From the NCBI RefSeq assembly GCF_009914755.1, contig NC_060927.1: a DNA stretch of 64,000 nt; one strand, 5' to 3'. This DNA is from the human T2T-CHM13v2.0 reference genome, Homo sapiens. Every line of letters begins with the position of its first letter. The stretch's first letter is position 1. The notes under the pieces are model-generated. The model did not search any database and was not told the origin of the DNA. It saw nothing but the letters and a program-made list of their open reading frames with translations. This document shows, one piece after another, positions 1 through 17,289 of the stretch. The translations under genes were made by a program, and so were the position numbers.

Positions 1-266
1 CTTTGCCTCACTGTGCATGTGGCTGGTGACTGCTTTGCTGGCCATAACTCCTGTTGGACCATGGATCAGCTGCTTGCTTGCAGTTCATTTACTTTTTTCT
101 GTTTTTCAAATTAGCAACATCACCCTGTATGGATATCACTTCCTGACCAGGAGAGCAGGATTCCATTTTTGTATATACTTGTAACCCTAATTTTTCTCAC
201 TGGAAGAATGGGCTTCTCGTCATATCACATATTCATCTCCCAGAATGTTTTAGGTAGGAAATGAGG

Positions 267-571
<305 letters not shown>

Positions 572-950
572 TTATATAAGTACTAAGTATACTTATATAA
601 GTGTGCTAAGTATTATAATAACATTTTTTAGAAGTGAAGCCCTTAATTTTATTTGTTGTTTCAATTGATTTATCTCGCCCAGTGAAACAAAGTTTAGGAA
701 TATTAGCAAATAAAATATTCTTTGTAATCAGCCTTTGTCAACCAATATAAGGTTGTTACTTTGTTTTTTTTTTAATCAAAATGCTTGTTATCCATAATAG
801 TTTGGTATATATGTTCTCTTTTTCTCGTGTTTATCAAAGACATAACACCAAAAAAAGTTTTAAAATCCCCTATACAGATGCAAACTTTAAATTTCAAATG
901 TGTTAGCATCAATAAAGGAATAAATACCATCATTAAATTTTGTAATTTAA

Positions 951-1332
<382 letters not shown>

Positions 1333-2639
1333 ATGCGTGGCTACTTCTTATAAGAAGGAAGAAAGATCACACAGAGCTTTTTAGAAAAATTAATTTTAAT
1401 GGCAATTAGCCCCAAATAGTAGTTAATTCAGATGAAATTGTTTTGACATCACTTTTCAACTTGCTAGGCTAACATAATAGGGGCCAGCTTACCGTCAGTC
1501 AACTTTTGGAATTTTACTGGAAAACTCTGGAAACTAACCTAGCCCTTGGATTGTAACATCACCTGTATATTAGCCTCCAGGATTTGCTGAGCTAATGTCT
1601 CAGCAGACCTACTCTGTAAACTGTTACTTTTCCATTGCTGAAGACTAATGTTCTTGGCCAGCACCATATGATATAGATTAATGATTAGACTCAGCATCCT
1701 CTAACTACCGTATATGTAACACAGCCCTTAGTTGGCAAATCCTGCTTTTGACAATTGAAAACATAAACATAACAAATAGGATAATAATACACACAAATCA
1801 ATTAAATTGATTTGAGCTTGCAAAGTTGATGCATCATTTAGTTTTTCATACAGATATCCTTAATCAGACAGTGCAAGAGCATCTTCTGGTTCCCAGTGAA
1901 CTTTTTCTTAGAGCACTGAATCTCAAATATACTTTAGCACTACATTCATTTTAATAGTCATTGATGATGCTTGGATTTAAAGAGTGCGAGCATTCAGTTG
2001 TAATGTTCTCAGTAATTTAAAAGGGATTTGCGATTTTTGCTTTTGAAAGGAGGAAAGGAATTTATCAGAGCTGTCACAAATCTTTCATACCCTGATACCC
2101 TACCCACTTCCCTTCTCCAATCCACAGATCTGTTATTAAATTCTACTACATAGGAAATATGAATAGTCATTGAAACTGTTTCACTGCCAAGATTTGAAAG
2201 CTGATGCTCTGAGAAATGTTCCCAGTGTATATTAAATGAACACCAAACTCCCTGGCAATAAGAGGACTGATATGAGACTATGACACAGTTAAATTTAGAA
2301 ACAGGGTTAAAAATAGTGCCACGGTTTTCATTTCGAGGTCACTCACAGACACATTCTCAGAGTCCTGTGGATTCTATCACAGTCAGATTTCATTTCACTT
2401 ATGGGGTTGTCTCTTATCTATTCAGACTATTATGAATTTTGAAGATAAATTTTTAAAAACTAATATTTATTAAGCATCTACTGTATTCCTGAGATTGTGC
2501 TAAATGTTTTCTTTGTATCTAATAATAACAATAACAATATAAGAATAATAAAATTTGCTGATATGTTTTGGACACTGGAGAAAGACAATATGCAAAGTGA
2601 TTTCCATTCCTAGTTATACTTTCTCTCACCAAAAGCTTG

Positions 2640-2768
2640 TGAGTTTTGCAAATAAAGAAATTCATGTTTACAGAGGTTCAGTAACTTGTTGAAAGTGGCT
2701 GACACTTTTACTAAATGGCAGAGCAAGATTTGAATATCAGTTTCTTTGTCTCCAAAGCCCATATCCTC
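2640..2768 (-). mobile_element. MIR relic
   Basis: Reverse MIR core-like text: CAGAGGTTCAGTAACTTG...CTAAATGGCAGAGCAAGATTTGAA...TCTCCAAAGCCC. Confidence 0.65.
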
Positions 2769-2809
2769 AAAAGAATGTCAGTACAAACATTTTGGAACCA
2801 GATTGTGTC

Positions 2810-2955
2810 TCAATGCCTTCATTTGTGAAATGCTGATAGCAATAATACCTACACCAATAGATTGTTGTCAAAATATAATTCTGGAATACACTTAAATTTC
2901 ATAGTGCTAGTGTCTGGCACATGGTAAACATCCAAGAAGCATTAGCTGTTAGTAT
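2810..2955 (+). mobile_element. MIR relic (3' part)
   Basis: CTTCATTTGTGAAATG...AATAATACCTAC...GTGTCTGGCACATGGTAA...ATTAGCTGTT. Confidence 0.65.
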
Positions 2956-4074
2956 TTTTGTTTAATGACAAAAATAATTATTAGGTTATTGTATTTCAAA
3001 AGATAGTGATATTTTCTTTAAGTTCTTATTTTATGATTACATAGCACTAAAAAAAATTATAAAAATATTTTATGTCATTCTAACTTCCAAATACTACTTT
3101 AAAGTAGTAATATTTGCTACTTCCAATTAGCAAAGTTTGGAATATTTCTGCAAATATTATTTAATTTAATATTTCTTGGATCTATGGCCTGTTGTCTAAG
3201 ATCAACATGTCATAGATAAGAACATATCAAAAGCAACATCCACTAAAAGCTTTGCCATTTGATCCTCAAAACACTATTTCATTTTCAAAATTTATTCTCA
3301 TTCTAAAGAAAAGGGGAAGTTAACTTAAGGCATCCTGCCAAACTCTGCTGTTAGTTCCTTCCATGCAGATAATATTCTTGAAGTTAACACAATACTGTAT
3401 TTTTAAAGTTATCCCTAAAATCCATTTCTTTCATAACCTTAAGGGGAAATTATTTCAATCTTTAAGACTTCAGTCTGTTTATTTGTTATTTATACATTTT
3501 CTAGTAGCAGCCAGACAAAAGGCATTCTAGCAGAATGGCTGACATTAACATGGCTAAGTTTTCAACAACGTCTTGGTAAAACATCTTTTAAGGCTGAGAT
3601 CATTCTCAATTTAAAACAACGATAACAATATATAATACTTGCTATTCCCTTCTCCAGACTTTTGTTTCCCAGTAGAGCTGACTGCTTGGCAATAGCTGAC
3701 TACTCTTGCTGAAGTGTTTTTGTCACTGACATCACTTAGCCACTTAAAATACCAGTTTTAATCCAACCTTACAATTAGTAGAAGGCTTTTGAAGTGCACC
3801 GCAATGTTAGCAAGACATTCCAGCAGGAGGTGGTTTCTTTTACTCTGCTAAGTCAGGAAAAGTGACCTGTTAATACTACTTTTTAGTGATGGATGTGTTT
3901 CAAAGAGGTCAACACTAAATGAATTATTCAATCAACACTAGTTGTCTTTAAAATAGTAAGGTTGGTGCTATAGTACAGTGTAGAAATCCTCAGTGCTGTT
4001 CAGCAAATATTTCTGGTCTTTGGCTACCTACTAGAATTTTTCTCTCCTGGTTTATTTTTTTGTTTGTTTGGTTT

Positions 4075-4395
4075 ACGTAGGTGAGTCGATATAACTAGTT
4101 CTGACCCATGGAGTCATGAACAAAAGTAACATGGGTCACTCCTGGGCCTTAGCATTAAACTGTCGGAGTAAGATCCCTCATGAACTGCCTTTCCGGCTTC
4201 CACAGTGATTGACAATACTCTAGATTGTGTGTATACTATCCATCAGCCTGGTTTCTCAAAAACACTGAACAGCAAGACCCTCAAGCGATCTGCACTGGAA
4301 ATATAGAGTGAACAAAACAACAAACGTTTGTGCTATCCACTGAGACTTTCAGGGTTGTTTGTTACCACAGCATAACCAACCCTATCCTGGATGAC
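4075..4395 (+). mobile_element. Old MLT1-family (ERVL-MaLR) LTR fragment
   Basis: MLT1-type 3' end CCACTGAGACTTTCAGGGTTGTTTGTTACCACAGCATAACC; internal AGTTCTGACCCATGGAG...GTCACTCCTGGGC. Confidence 0.6.
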
Positions 4396-4792
4396 GCACA
4401 CAACAAGAATTACAAATGAAAAATTTGTGACAATTCAAAAAATAAATTGGAAAATGTAAACTGACACTTAAAAATTACTTTTATAGTCTTGAATGGCATA
4501 TCTATCCTTGTCGGGAATGGGCTATCAATTTTGTTTCATAGAAATTTAGATTCTAAAATTGGATCCATGATTTACGAAGTCAATACTTGAGTAGTCACTA
4601 CGAAGCAAGCACTCACAATGAATGCAATATCTTAAACTTTATTTTTAAAACGTGTTTAACTTCATTTTAAATATACATGTAATTATAACTAAATTTCTGA
4701 GAGTGAAGAACTAGAATGAATTGTTTTGTAAATGAGTTATAACTTATGTGCACTGAAATTAGTATTTCTTTAGATTATTCATTTTCATCTTG

Positions 4793-4888
4793 TAATTCAA
4801 GATGGATTAAAGACTTAAATGTTAGACCTAAAACCATAAAAACCCTAGAAGAAAACCTAGGCATTACCATTCAGGACATAGGCATGGG
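4793..4888 (+). mobile_element. Isolated 96-bp internal L1PA ORF2 fragment (young subfamily), no tail or TSD
   Basis: AATTCAAGATGGATTAAAGACTTAAATGTTAGACCTAAAACCATAAAAACCCTAGAAGAAAACCTAGGCATTACCATTCAGGACATAGGCATGGG translates to L1 ORF2 [32 protein letters not shown]; flanks are not L1. Confidence 0.92.
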
Positions 4889-5346
4889 GGTGAGAACTGT
4901 TATATTGTCATAATTTAAAAAGAAACAATAGAGAAAAATTACTCTTCATCTGTGCAAAATTCTTTCTCTGACAGGGACACCAAGTTATGGTTGCTCTCCT
5001 TGCTTTAATCAGAAATGTACTTCCTTCAAACTTCTTCATTTTGTGCAATAATCCATTTGTGTACTATCATTCATCACATAACTAAATATTGCATGAATTC
5101 TTTTGTATTTTTACTATGTGGTACCTCCCAAGGATGATGAGTTACCTATGTTTGAACTTTACTATGAAAAGCAGTACTTAAAAATGTTTCTTAATATTTT
5201 CTAATTGTCATCTGATTCTACAAGTGGAGAAGACCCAGATGAGCCTATTACTACTTGCCAAATTTTAGTGTATTTCAAACTACTTCCCATTTATTTTCTA
5301 CTTTCCACACCTAAGGACACAAATATTCATAGCCACTCAATAGTGA

Positions 5347-5700
5347 TGTCGTAGTCATTTTGAGCTGCTATAACTAATACCGTAGGCTGGGTGGCTTGAA
5401 CAGCAAACATTTATTTCTCACAGTTCTGGAGACTGAGAAGTGCAAGATCAAGATGCAGGCTGATTCAGATCCTGGTGAGAACCCTTTTTCTTGCTGTATT
5501 TCCACATGGCAGAGAGAAAGGGATCATCTCTCTCTTGCCTTTTTTTTTTTTGTAAATATGTGTAAGGACACCAATCCCATTATGAGGTCTCCACCCTCAT
5601 GATCTAATTACCTCCCAAAGCCTCACCTCTTAATGCCATGACAATGAGGATTACAGCTTCAACATGAAAATTTGCTGAGGATTGGGGGGAGGTAGTATAA
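5347..5700 (-). mobile_element. MLT1A-type MaLR solo LTR
   Basis: TGTCGTAGTC..GCTGCTATAAC..GGGTGGCTT..ATTTATTTCTCACAGTTCTGGAG..CTAATTACCTCCCAAAG; same family as 55449-55807. Confidence 0.8.
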
Positions 5701-6102
5701 CATAAGGCTTTCACTTCTAATCCTGCATCATTTTCATTAAAACATTCAAAAAGTAAACAATGACCAACTTTCAAAACCTGTAGCTCATAATGATGCACAA
5801 TCATGTTATGTACAGAAAAGAACCTATGATTGTTAATTCTAAAAGAACTCATAATCATTAATTTTATAGTTTTATAAGTCCTATTGATTTAGGCAGTATT
5901 TTCATAATGACCTTTACTAATACTTGCCCTCAGAAAATATTTTTTAAATATTTAATTTTTCTCTCTCATCCAAGTAATACATGATTTTTTTTGTCTGCAA
6001 AGTGGCATAACATAAAATGTATTAATGGATTTTGCAAATTACTATAACCCATAGTAAGGTACACACTATGAAGCAAACAATCTTTTGGTTGTTAAGAAAT
6101 GT

Positions 6103-6388
6103 GCTGGGCACAGTCACTCATGCCTGTAATCCCAGCACTTTGGGAGGCCAAGGTGGGCAGATTACCTGACCTCAGGATTTCGAGACCAGTCTGGGCAACA
6201 GGGTGAAAACCTGTCTCTGCTAAAAAAATACAAAAAAAAATTATCTGGGCATGGCAGTGTGTGCCTATAATCCCAGCTGCTGGGGAGGCTGAGGCAGGAG
6301 AATCACTGGAACCCAGGAAGGTGGAGGGTGCTGTATGCTGAGATCGCGCCACTGAGACTCGGTCTTCAAAAAAAAAGAAAAAAAAAAG
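6103..6388 (+). mobile_element. AluS SINE with ~24-bp deletion near the 3' end
   Basis: Alu dimer; GCCACTG joins directly to AGACTC; poly-A tail; TSD AAGAAATGT at 6094-6102 and ~6386-6394. Confidence 0.9.
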
Positions 6389-6439
6389 AAATGTAGTGAC
6401 TTCATCTTGGATGACTTAACCTAAGTTGTGTGAAATTTA

Positions 6440-6788
<349 letters not shown>

Positions 6789-7926
6789 TCAAAATTTAGT
6801 TTTTTCATGGAAGGGTAAACAGTGATTTCTTTCAGAGTATGTGTCTTACTTTGATTAAAATTCTTCTGTTATGCTGCACAGATGAAAGTAACAACTGTTT
6901 TTGTTTTAAATGATAACACTTGATGCTAAAACTGAGCCTAGAAGATTAGATACAGATTTCAAAGGATAGTACACATCTGTGCACTAATGTTGGTTCTTAA
7001 ACCTCCATACCCCAAGGTCATATGGAAGTACCAGTTTCTATATTCTGTTCATTGTTGTGTGAAAAAACAGATTGGCAGTGGCTATTAATATTTCTACAGT
7101 TTGTTCCTATGCAAATTTAAAAGCATATGCTAACTACAACACAAATGTTATGTTGGAATATTGACTCATTTCTGCTTTTACCTGATTATTTAAAAAAACC
7201 CACCCACCTATCCACCTTTATTAGTTTTTAGTATACTAAAATAATCTGTGTGTATAAGAAATGATACCTTATACATATTCAGTTATCACCTATTTAGGAT
7301 TTTAGAAAGTTGAAGCAATGTAGACAGTCCACAATTATTTAAAATAAAAATCTTGTCATATGTTTTAAGTAGGGTGAAGTTAAATTTTATTTATATAGCA
7401 TATGCCAAATATGACAAAATGAAGCAATTCAGAAAGGTCCAAGATAATCAGCCATGCATTCCAACATTTTCCTCAGTAATCTTCAAAATAGAGAATCTAT
7501 GTATAAATAGTCATAAGGTGGTCATTAAGCCATGTATTTTAAATAATTTTGAGGTGGCTTATAGTAAAAGCATAGGGAGGGAATGCAAGACCATTAGTCC
7601 AAAATTAAGAAAGAAAAATCAAATTGTAAAAGATTAAAAGGGGAAATTAAGCAGAAAAATATCTATGAAATAACTTCCAATTAATTTCCTATCTGAAGAA
7701 AAAAGGCTTGAATATCAACTAAAAGACTGACAAATAAATGTATATTTATGTTTGAAGTTTAAAGGATATTCTTGTTTATGTATATATAATATTTTGTAAT
7801 TTCCATGTTTTTCAAAAATTTCAGTCAACCAACCAATAAGATCCCAATTGTGTAAGAACAAGAGGGTAACCGATGCATTGAGAAGTGGTGAGGGGGGAAA
7901 ATAGTAGCATAAAACTTAGTTCTAAG

Positions 7927-8105
7927 CAGAAGTGAATACACCATGTAGCTCATAAAGCTTACGCTTCAAAGCCCTGAACTTTGATGAGGCTCTTCCACAG
8001 CCTTGTAACTAATTTTGTATTCATAATTTTGAAGTTTTATTTTCCTAAACACAGCTCCCCAAATTATAAAGACTTGAGGTTTCATTAAGCTAAGACTGGC
8101 TTCTG
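7927..8105 (+). mobile_element. MER53-like non-autonomous hAT DNA transposon
   Basis: AAGCTTACGCTTCAAAGCCC...CTAATTTTGTATTCATAATTTTG...CCCCAAATTATAAA resembles recalled MER53 consensus; ~180 bp. Confidence 0.65.
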
Positions 8106-9204
8106 GCCTGTCAAGAAAAAATGTGGTTGATCATAGAACTCTCAGTGCTTAATAATAGGAAAATCCCCAGTTCATAATAATGAACATTTTTCTAGTTGAT
8201 GTTCTCATAGAGAAATTTAATATTAGATGCTTTATGTGAAAAAGATTGAGCATTATAACAAAGTATAGACCCTTGTCAATGATGTTACAATATGACAATA
8301 TATCACAGAAAAATGCAGCATTATTTTCCATACAGCGTGTCTTTATATAAGCAGCAAGGGCATGCTATTAAACCATATTTCACAAAGTGTTTTTTTTCTT
8401 TTTCAGGATGTCACAAAGGGACTCTGGAATCGGGTTTACCAGGAAAGTTGGTTATGGGGCAGAGGGTGGAAAAAAGTAATAGCAAATGTCAGGGGGACAG
8501 GAGGATACAGTAGAAGGAGATGAGCTAAATGAACAATCCAGCCACAGTAGAGTAGAGAGATGAACCACCTTGTGGAACTGCAAGATTCAACAATTTGTGT
8601 AGAATTTTCCATTGTCATCATGCATAAAATTAGAGCAATAAAATTAAAGCATTATTAGTAATGAGGAAACTGGATTTTCGATGCGGCTAACTGACAAGAT
8701 GATATGAAGGTAATTGGTCATGAGAATGTTTAGCATTAGTAATGGAGTGTCTATTTTCAAAATTGCCTTATCATAATTAAACAACAAAAAGTCACTGTGT
8801 TTCACTGCAGAACATTTTTACATAGCATATTAAAGAAAAAATAACCATTTCCAATGAAGTATGGATATTATTTCTCAGTAATAAGCGTTAAAACCAGGAT
8901 TTGTTCATTGCCTTATCACTGGCACCAGCATATACCAGACTCTGAGTAAATATTTTTTAGTGAATAAAAAATTCACATCTAACAGCCATGAAACTCTAGA
9001 AAAATGTATGATATTGCAATTTTGTTGTGAAGGGTACAATATAGGTATAGATATACTTATTAATCACAGTAATTATTAGAAAGAACACAATATGCAATAA
9101 GCTATATATACATAGTAAAGAATCACAACTTCATATTATAAATTTAATACATTGCAAACTATTAGCTAATCAAAATAACCATGAATTATACAATGCAAAT
9201 GTAA

Positions 9205-9621
<417 letters not shown>

Positions 9622-9683
9622 TAGCAAGTAGAAATATTTAGATATCCACTAGACTCTATAAAAACACTAAAATTTGGGACAAC

Positions 9684-11648
<1,965 letters not shown>

Positions 11649-13082
11649 CGTTTTATGGACTTAACTATTGATGTATTTAAGCCTTCATGATGTATTCATT
11701 TGGGAGACTGGAGAAATCTTTCTTGAGGATGTTAATGTTCCTTTTACTTTGTACCTCTAGACTCCCGAAGAAAAGCCTCGAAGGGTAAAAGAACTTAGAA
11801 AAGAACTAAAATGACTTCTTCTGAAGTGTGTGTGGAAAGTAGAAACATAATGGCACAATCATATTGTGGCAATAATTGCTATGTCTGTGCTCATTGTATG
11901 GTTTTGTTAATTTAAGCATTCCCTGAAACAGAGCTAGTTTCTTATCCTCTATTCTCTTGCTGGGTCCTTGTTTAGTGTCAGCAGCTTGGAACTCTATTTT
12001 AGACATTATGAAATAAATTAAATGTAGAGTTATTTAGAATGAATCAGTGGAGAAATCAGAGACTTTTAGTTATGATAATTAGTTCCTATTTAAAACTTTT
12101 ATACTCTAAGGACTTACTCTTCCAGCCACCCCTTTTCTTTCAGGGCTGGAGAAAACCTCTAGATGATATACCGAAAAAAAGAAAAAATATATAAAGTATT
12201 TTTACTCATTTATATATTCCTTTTACCGATTAAAACATTTAAGATACAAACATTTTTTTTAAGTGTGAAAAACAGATTCATTAATTACCACCTGGGTCAG
12301 CCATTTGAACCTTTGAATTTAGTCACCTTACAACTGAATTTACATTTTACCTAAAGGACTTGTACATCTGCAGCAGTTATCTGACTATACTTTTCTAATT
12401 TTGAGTTATAGCAAATGACATATCTTTAAGTTAAATAAGTAGAGCCTGTCTATTCTTGTTCATCTTGAAAATTAAAACTTTGGAACATATTTTATAATGG
12501 AATTCTAATTCACATTATTTTAGGGAAAATTATAGATGTTTGGAAACAAGTATATGCAATAACAAGAGGATTTGCTATATTTGACACAAAATGTTTCTAG
12601 CCTGAATCAGAAATAGAGCTACAAGTGCATCATTCTGTATATTATTGGGAGAGAATTGGTGAATTTTGAAGTGCAAGATCAGACAAAGAAAATTAAAGAA
12701 AATTATCAGCTAAAGTACTACTTAGGTGCAAGGAAAGGACATAAAAACACAAGAAAAAGCATAGATAGGGCAGGAAGTGCACATGTTAGAAATAATCTAG
12801 GGGCTAAGAATAGGTACTTTCCTCAAGCAAATACAGAATTAATCAAAAGAATGACATCTAATTACAAGAAAGTCCTGGGCTAACAAATATAGAGGCCTAA
12901 GAAAAATAAGAAAATTAACATTAATCTGAAAGGGTTAACCTCGGCCATGATTATCTTAGAAATTGAAATGGAAGTGTTTCTTCCTGGCCATAATGAATCA
13001 GCCCCAAAGTCCGAAGCTGTTCAGGACCAAGGACAAAGGCAATTCAATACAGCCACGTAGATTTTCTCATCCCAGTTGTTGG

Positions 13083-13262
13083 AGAATCATGTGTAATTAT
13101 ACAGCTGGAAATGACTGCAGAAGCCATCCAGGCCAACTCCTTTATTTTATAGATAAGAAAACTGAGGCACAGGAGTATCACTAACTTCTCCAGTCATCCT
13201 CTTAGTAAGTAGTAAATTTGAGCTTCGAATCAAAGGCCGCGGATACCTAGCACAGCATTCTC
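13083..13262 (-). mobile_element. MIR/MIR3 relic
   Basis: CCAACTCCTTTATTTTATAGATAAGAAAACTGAGGCACAGG is the reverse MIR core. Confidence 0.75.
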
Positions 13263-14060
13263 CAAGTTACACAAATATATAGAATCACATGCACAGAAGA
13301 TTTTGAGTGATTGTTTTCATATTAAAAAGGTGATTCGTATTTGACATTTGTATATGTATTTCTGTGTGTGTGTGTGTGTTCATGTTAATAACTTAAAGGC
13401 AAAGCAGGACATTTTTCTAAATAGTATGCTCTAATCACAGTTGATCAGATTGTTTCACACCAAATGGACTCTTCCTAATTTTGGTATGTGTATTTAGAAA
13501 TGGTCAGAAGAAAGCTGTCCGAGTTCAAAATGTCTCCTCAGACCTGTTTTGCATTTGTGTAGTAATATTTAGCCTAGTATCATGGTCTTTTGAAAATGTT
13601 TTAATAATTGCTTATTATTTAAATTTTTATTCTGCAGTTGTCTTGTCTAATGTCTGAGGACTTTTCCATATTTGTCTTTGTGTGTGTCTGATTTTGTGTT
13701 TTTGTATAATTGTCAATTTCAAAATGTAAATAGTTTGCTAAATTGATTTTTTTCTTTTGAAGACTTGGTCAAGGAGGATTAGAATTTATACTAATTAACT
13801 GACTGCTGAGATTTTATGGGAAAGAATCACTCAGGGAAAAGTTGTATTGCTATTAAAACTATTTTGTCTACTTTTAGGCAGAGATATCAAGAGGAACTAA
13901 AATAAAGTTTAAGTGATAGCAGAAAATCAGAGGCTAATTTTATGATGTATATAGTCACCCCAAGAGTAAACCAAATTAGAAATTTAAAGATGAATCCTAA
14001 TATGAAAACATTTTCTTAAAAAAATCTTTGACCTGCCTAGGGAATATCACAACTTCTTGA

Positions 14061-14175
14061 TATAGTGAAAAGATTACGAACTCTGGAGTCTGAACGCAAG
14101 ATTGCATTGGGAAGATTTCTTAGACTCTGTCAGCCTCAGTTTCTCCCATTCAAAAATAGGGATATTCTGTTGGAC
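14061..14175 (+). mobile_element. MIR relic
   Basis: ATAGTGAAAAGA..CTCTGGAGTCTGA...GCCTCAGTTTCTCCCATTCAAAAATAGGGATA. Confidence 0.65.
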
Positions 14176-14577
14176 AGCATTTATCTCACATGTAGACATA
14201 TCAGTCTTTCCTGATGCAGACCATGACACTTACTGAAAATGGTAAGTTTCTGTCCTGCCCTCTATATGTCCTCCCAGAGCCAGCTGGCAACATTAGATCC
14301 AGTCCTTCAAGGTCTTTGGCCTTGATCCTATGTACTATGAACTCTGGTGCAAGGTAAGAGAGATCTATGAAGATGTAAGATCCAGAATTCCCAATCACCC
14401 ATCTGCCCAGCCTGAGCTGTTGTGGTGATAAACTTCAGGAGCCAGGTGAATAAGTCTTACTTTAGACATAGGTTTCCTCAGAAAACAATCTGGTGAACTC
14501 TTAGGGAGTTTAAGATCTATTCTTGGACCGAATGTTGGCCAAAGGTTTCTACCTGTTTCTCCATGAATCTCTAATTT

Positions 14578-14906
14578 CTTTTCTTTTCTTTTTCTTTTTT
14601 TTTCTTTTCTTTTTTTTTTTTTTTGAGACAGAGTCTCACTCTGTTGCCCAGGCTGGAGTGCAGTGGTGGTCTCGGCTCACTGCAATCTCCCCCTCCCACG
14701 TTAAAGTGATTCTCGTAGCTCAGCCTCCTGAGTAGCTGGGACTACAGGTGTCCACCATCATGCCCGCTTAATTTTTGTATGTTTTTAGTAGAGATGGGGT
14801 TTCACCATGTTGGCCAGGCTGGTCTTGAACTCCTGATCTCAGGTGATCCACCTGCCTCGGCCTCCCAAAGTGCTGGGATTTAGAGTGTGAGCCACTGTGC
14901 CCAACC
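14578..14906 (-). mobile_element. AluS SINE with (TTTTC)n/poly-T tail
   Basis: Reverse Alu dimer; TSD CTCTAATTT on both sides. Confidence 0.92.
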
Positions 14907-16113
14907 CTCTAATTTATTTCTTAATCCTTCAAATCTTGCTACTTCCTCCCATCTTGTTGTGGATTTTTGCAAGGGCGCTAGCTATTGAAAAGCACTTGGT
15001 TATTGACCAAAATACTTTCTTTCATTTTGCACCGGATACCCTTTGTATATTGTACTAAGTTGTTTCTATATTTCAAGCTATCACAATTTGGACCTGATCT
15101 ACATACAGTTAATGAACACCATGTGGAAATCATACCCACTTTGCATAATATTTTTCCATACATAATAATAAAATTAAATGAACATTAATTCTTTTATAAA
15201 ACCCCACCCACCCTTTCGCTGATGAAAGGAAAATCAAGTAAACAACTTTAACGAGAAGGCAATAGTAGAATTTCTTTGTGGATTTTGTTATTTTCCTTTT
15301 TTTGTTTTGTCCAGATTTTAGCAGGACCATTGGATCGTTTGTACTCAGGTTAGTCTGCCTATTTGTGAGAGAGTATTCTTCACAAATGGGATGTAGTTAT
15401 GCAAAAAGATGAGACCTGAATTTATACTTTGGCTTTAAAGTTGAAATGTTAGTTTACATTATATTTCGTAACTAGCTCAGAGAGAATTGGTGCATGCAAG
15501 TACAATGGAGCTTGGTTTCCTAATGTCAAAAAAACCTTCACTTTTCACATTCTTGTTCTTGACAGAACATATTTTCGTTTATTCATTCCACTAATAATCT
15601 ATGAAATTAAGATATCTCCATCTCAAAAAAAAGAAAGAAATTAGAGATTCATGGAGAAACAGGTAGAAATCTTTGACAAAGAAATTATTTTCTGAAATCT
15701 TCATTAGAAGTTAATTCCTGAATTGATAATTGCTTTTGCATTTAAGAAAAACATAGTTTTAACTACAACAGATGCTCCCACATATATACATGAAATTCAA
15801 ACAAAATTGTGAAAAAAAAATCTAGTTGAGTCTGAAAAAAAGCAAAAAGCAGCTGTTTAAAAACTGTACACCAGCACGAAGAAGAAGAAAAAGCTGTAGT
15901 ATTTACGTTTGCTTCTACATATCATTGTCACCTATCAGTTGTTATCTTGAGATAATTCAGGATGAAAACTTTTGTGATTTTCTTTGCTTACAGATTGCAT
16001 ACCTTCTTAAGCACATTAAAGCTTCCCTGTCTCAGTTCTTTTCCTGAATTTCACAGCTGAAATTGTTAAAAGTTATTTTTTCCCTTCTACTTAGCTAAAA
16101 TCTGCTTCTCCGA

Positions 16114-16223
16114 GCCTCTACCAATTGATGGAAGGTTAAAAAAAAAAAAAAGCCTCTACTCATTGATAGAAGGTAAAAAAAAAAAAAAAAGTCTCTACCC
16201 ATTGATAGAAGGTAAAAAAAAAA
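16114..16223 (+). repeat. Three tandem copies of a 23-24-bp unit, each followed by poly-A
   Basis: GCCTCTACCAATTGATGGAAGGTT-A14, GCCTCTACTCATTGATAGAAGGT-A16, GTCTCTACCCATTGATAGAAGGT-A10. Confidence 0.92.
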
Positions 16224-16522
16224 GTTCATAAATTCAGAAGTCAGTAAGACTGGGGACACAATGTTATTATCTCCAGTAATGTGATATTTTTAAGTTTTAG
16301 CTTCCTTATCTGTAAAACGGAAATAGTAGCAATTGTACTGTGCCTGAATGTGGAATGTAATAGGAGTTTTCTACATCCCAACTCATTCCCCTACTCCTTT
16401 TTTTTCCCTCCCTCCAGAAGTATCTGGTATCATTGAGGCGTCAAGATGGAAATAGTTGAATTAATGTATGTCAGCGTGTAAGTAAGCATTAAATTGCTAC
16501 TATATCTAAATATACATGTTGA

Positions 16523-17130
<608 letters not shown>

Positions 17131-17289
17131 TAAATATGCATGTTGATTTGTGGTACATATTATAGTACATATGTTGTGAATTTAATTTAGAACTCAGTAT
17201 GCTTCAAAAAGATCGTAAGAATTTTCCCTTAAATACTTCCTTGTCCTTCTGTTTCTTCTTTCTTTTTTTATAGCTACCCCTCTTAACTG

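Noticed and set aside
13878-13907. Acceptor-like site followed by RQRYQEELK or AEISRGTKIK
   Set aside because: No convincing donor; the NPY-like RQRY lacks the following GKR and has the wrong intron position.
16114-16223. Repeat-spacer layout resembling a CRISPR array
   Set aside because: Spacers are homopolymer A, there are only three units, the context is human and there are no cas genes.
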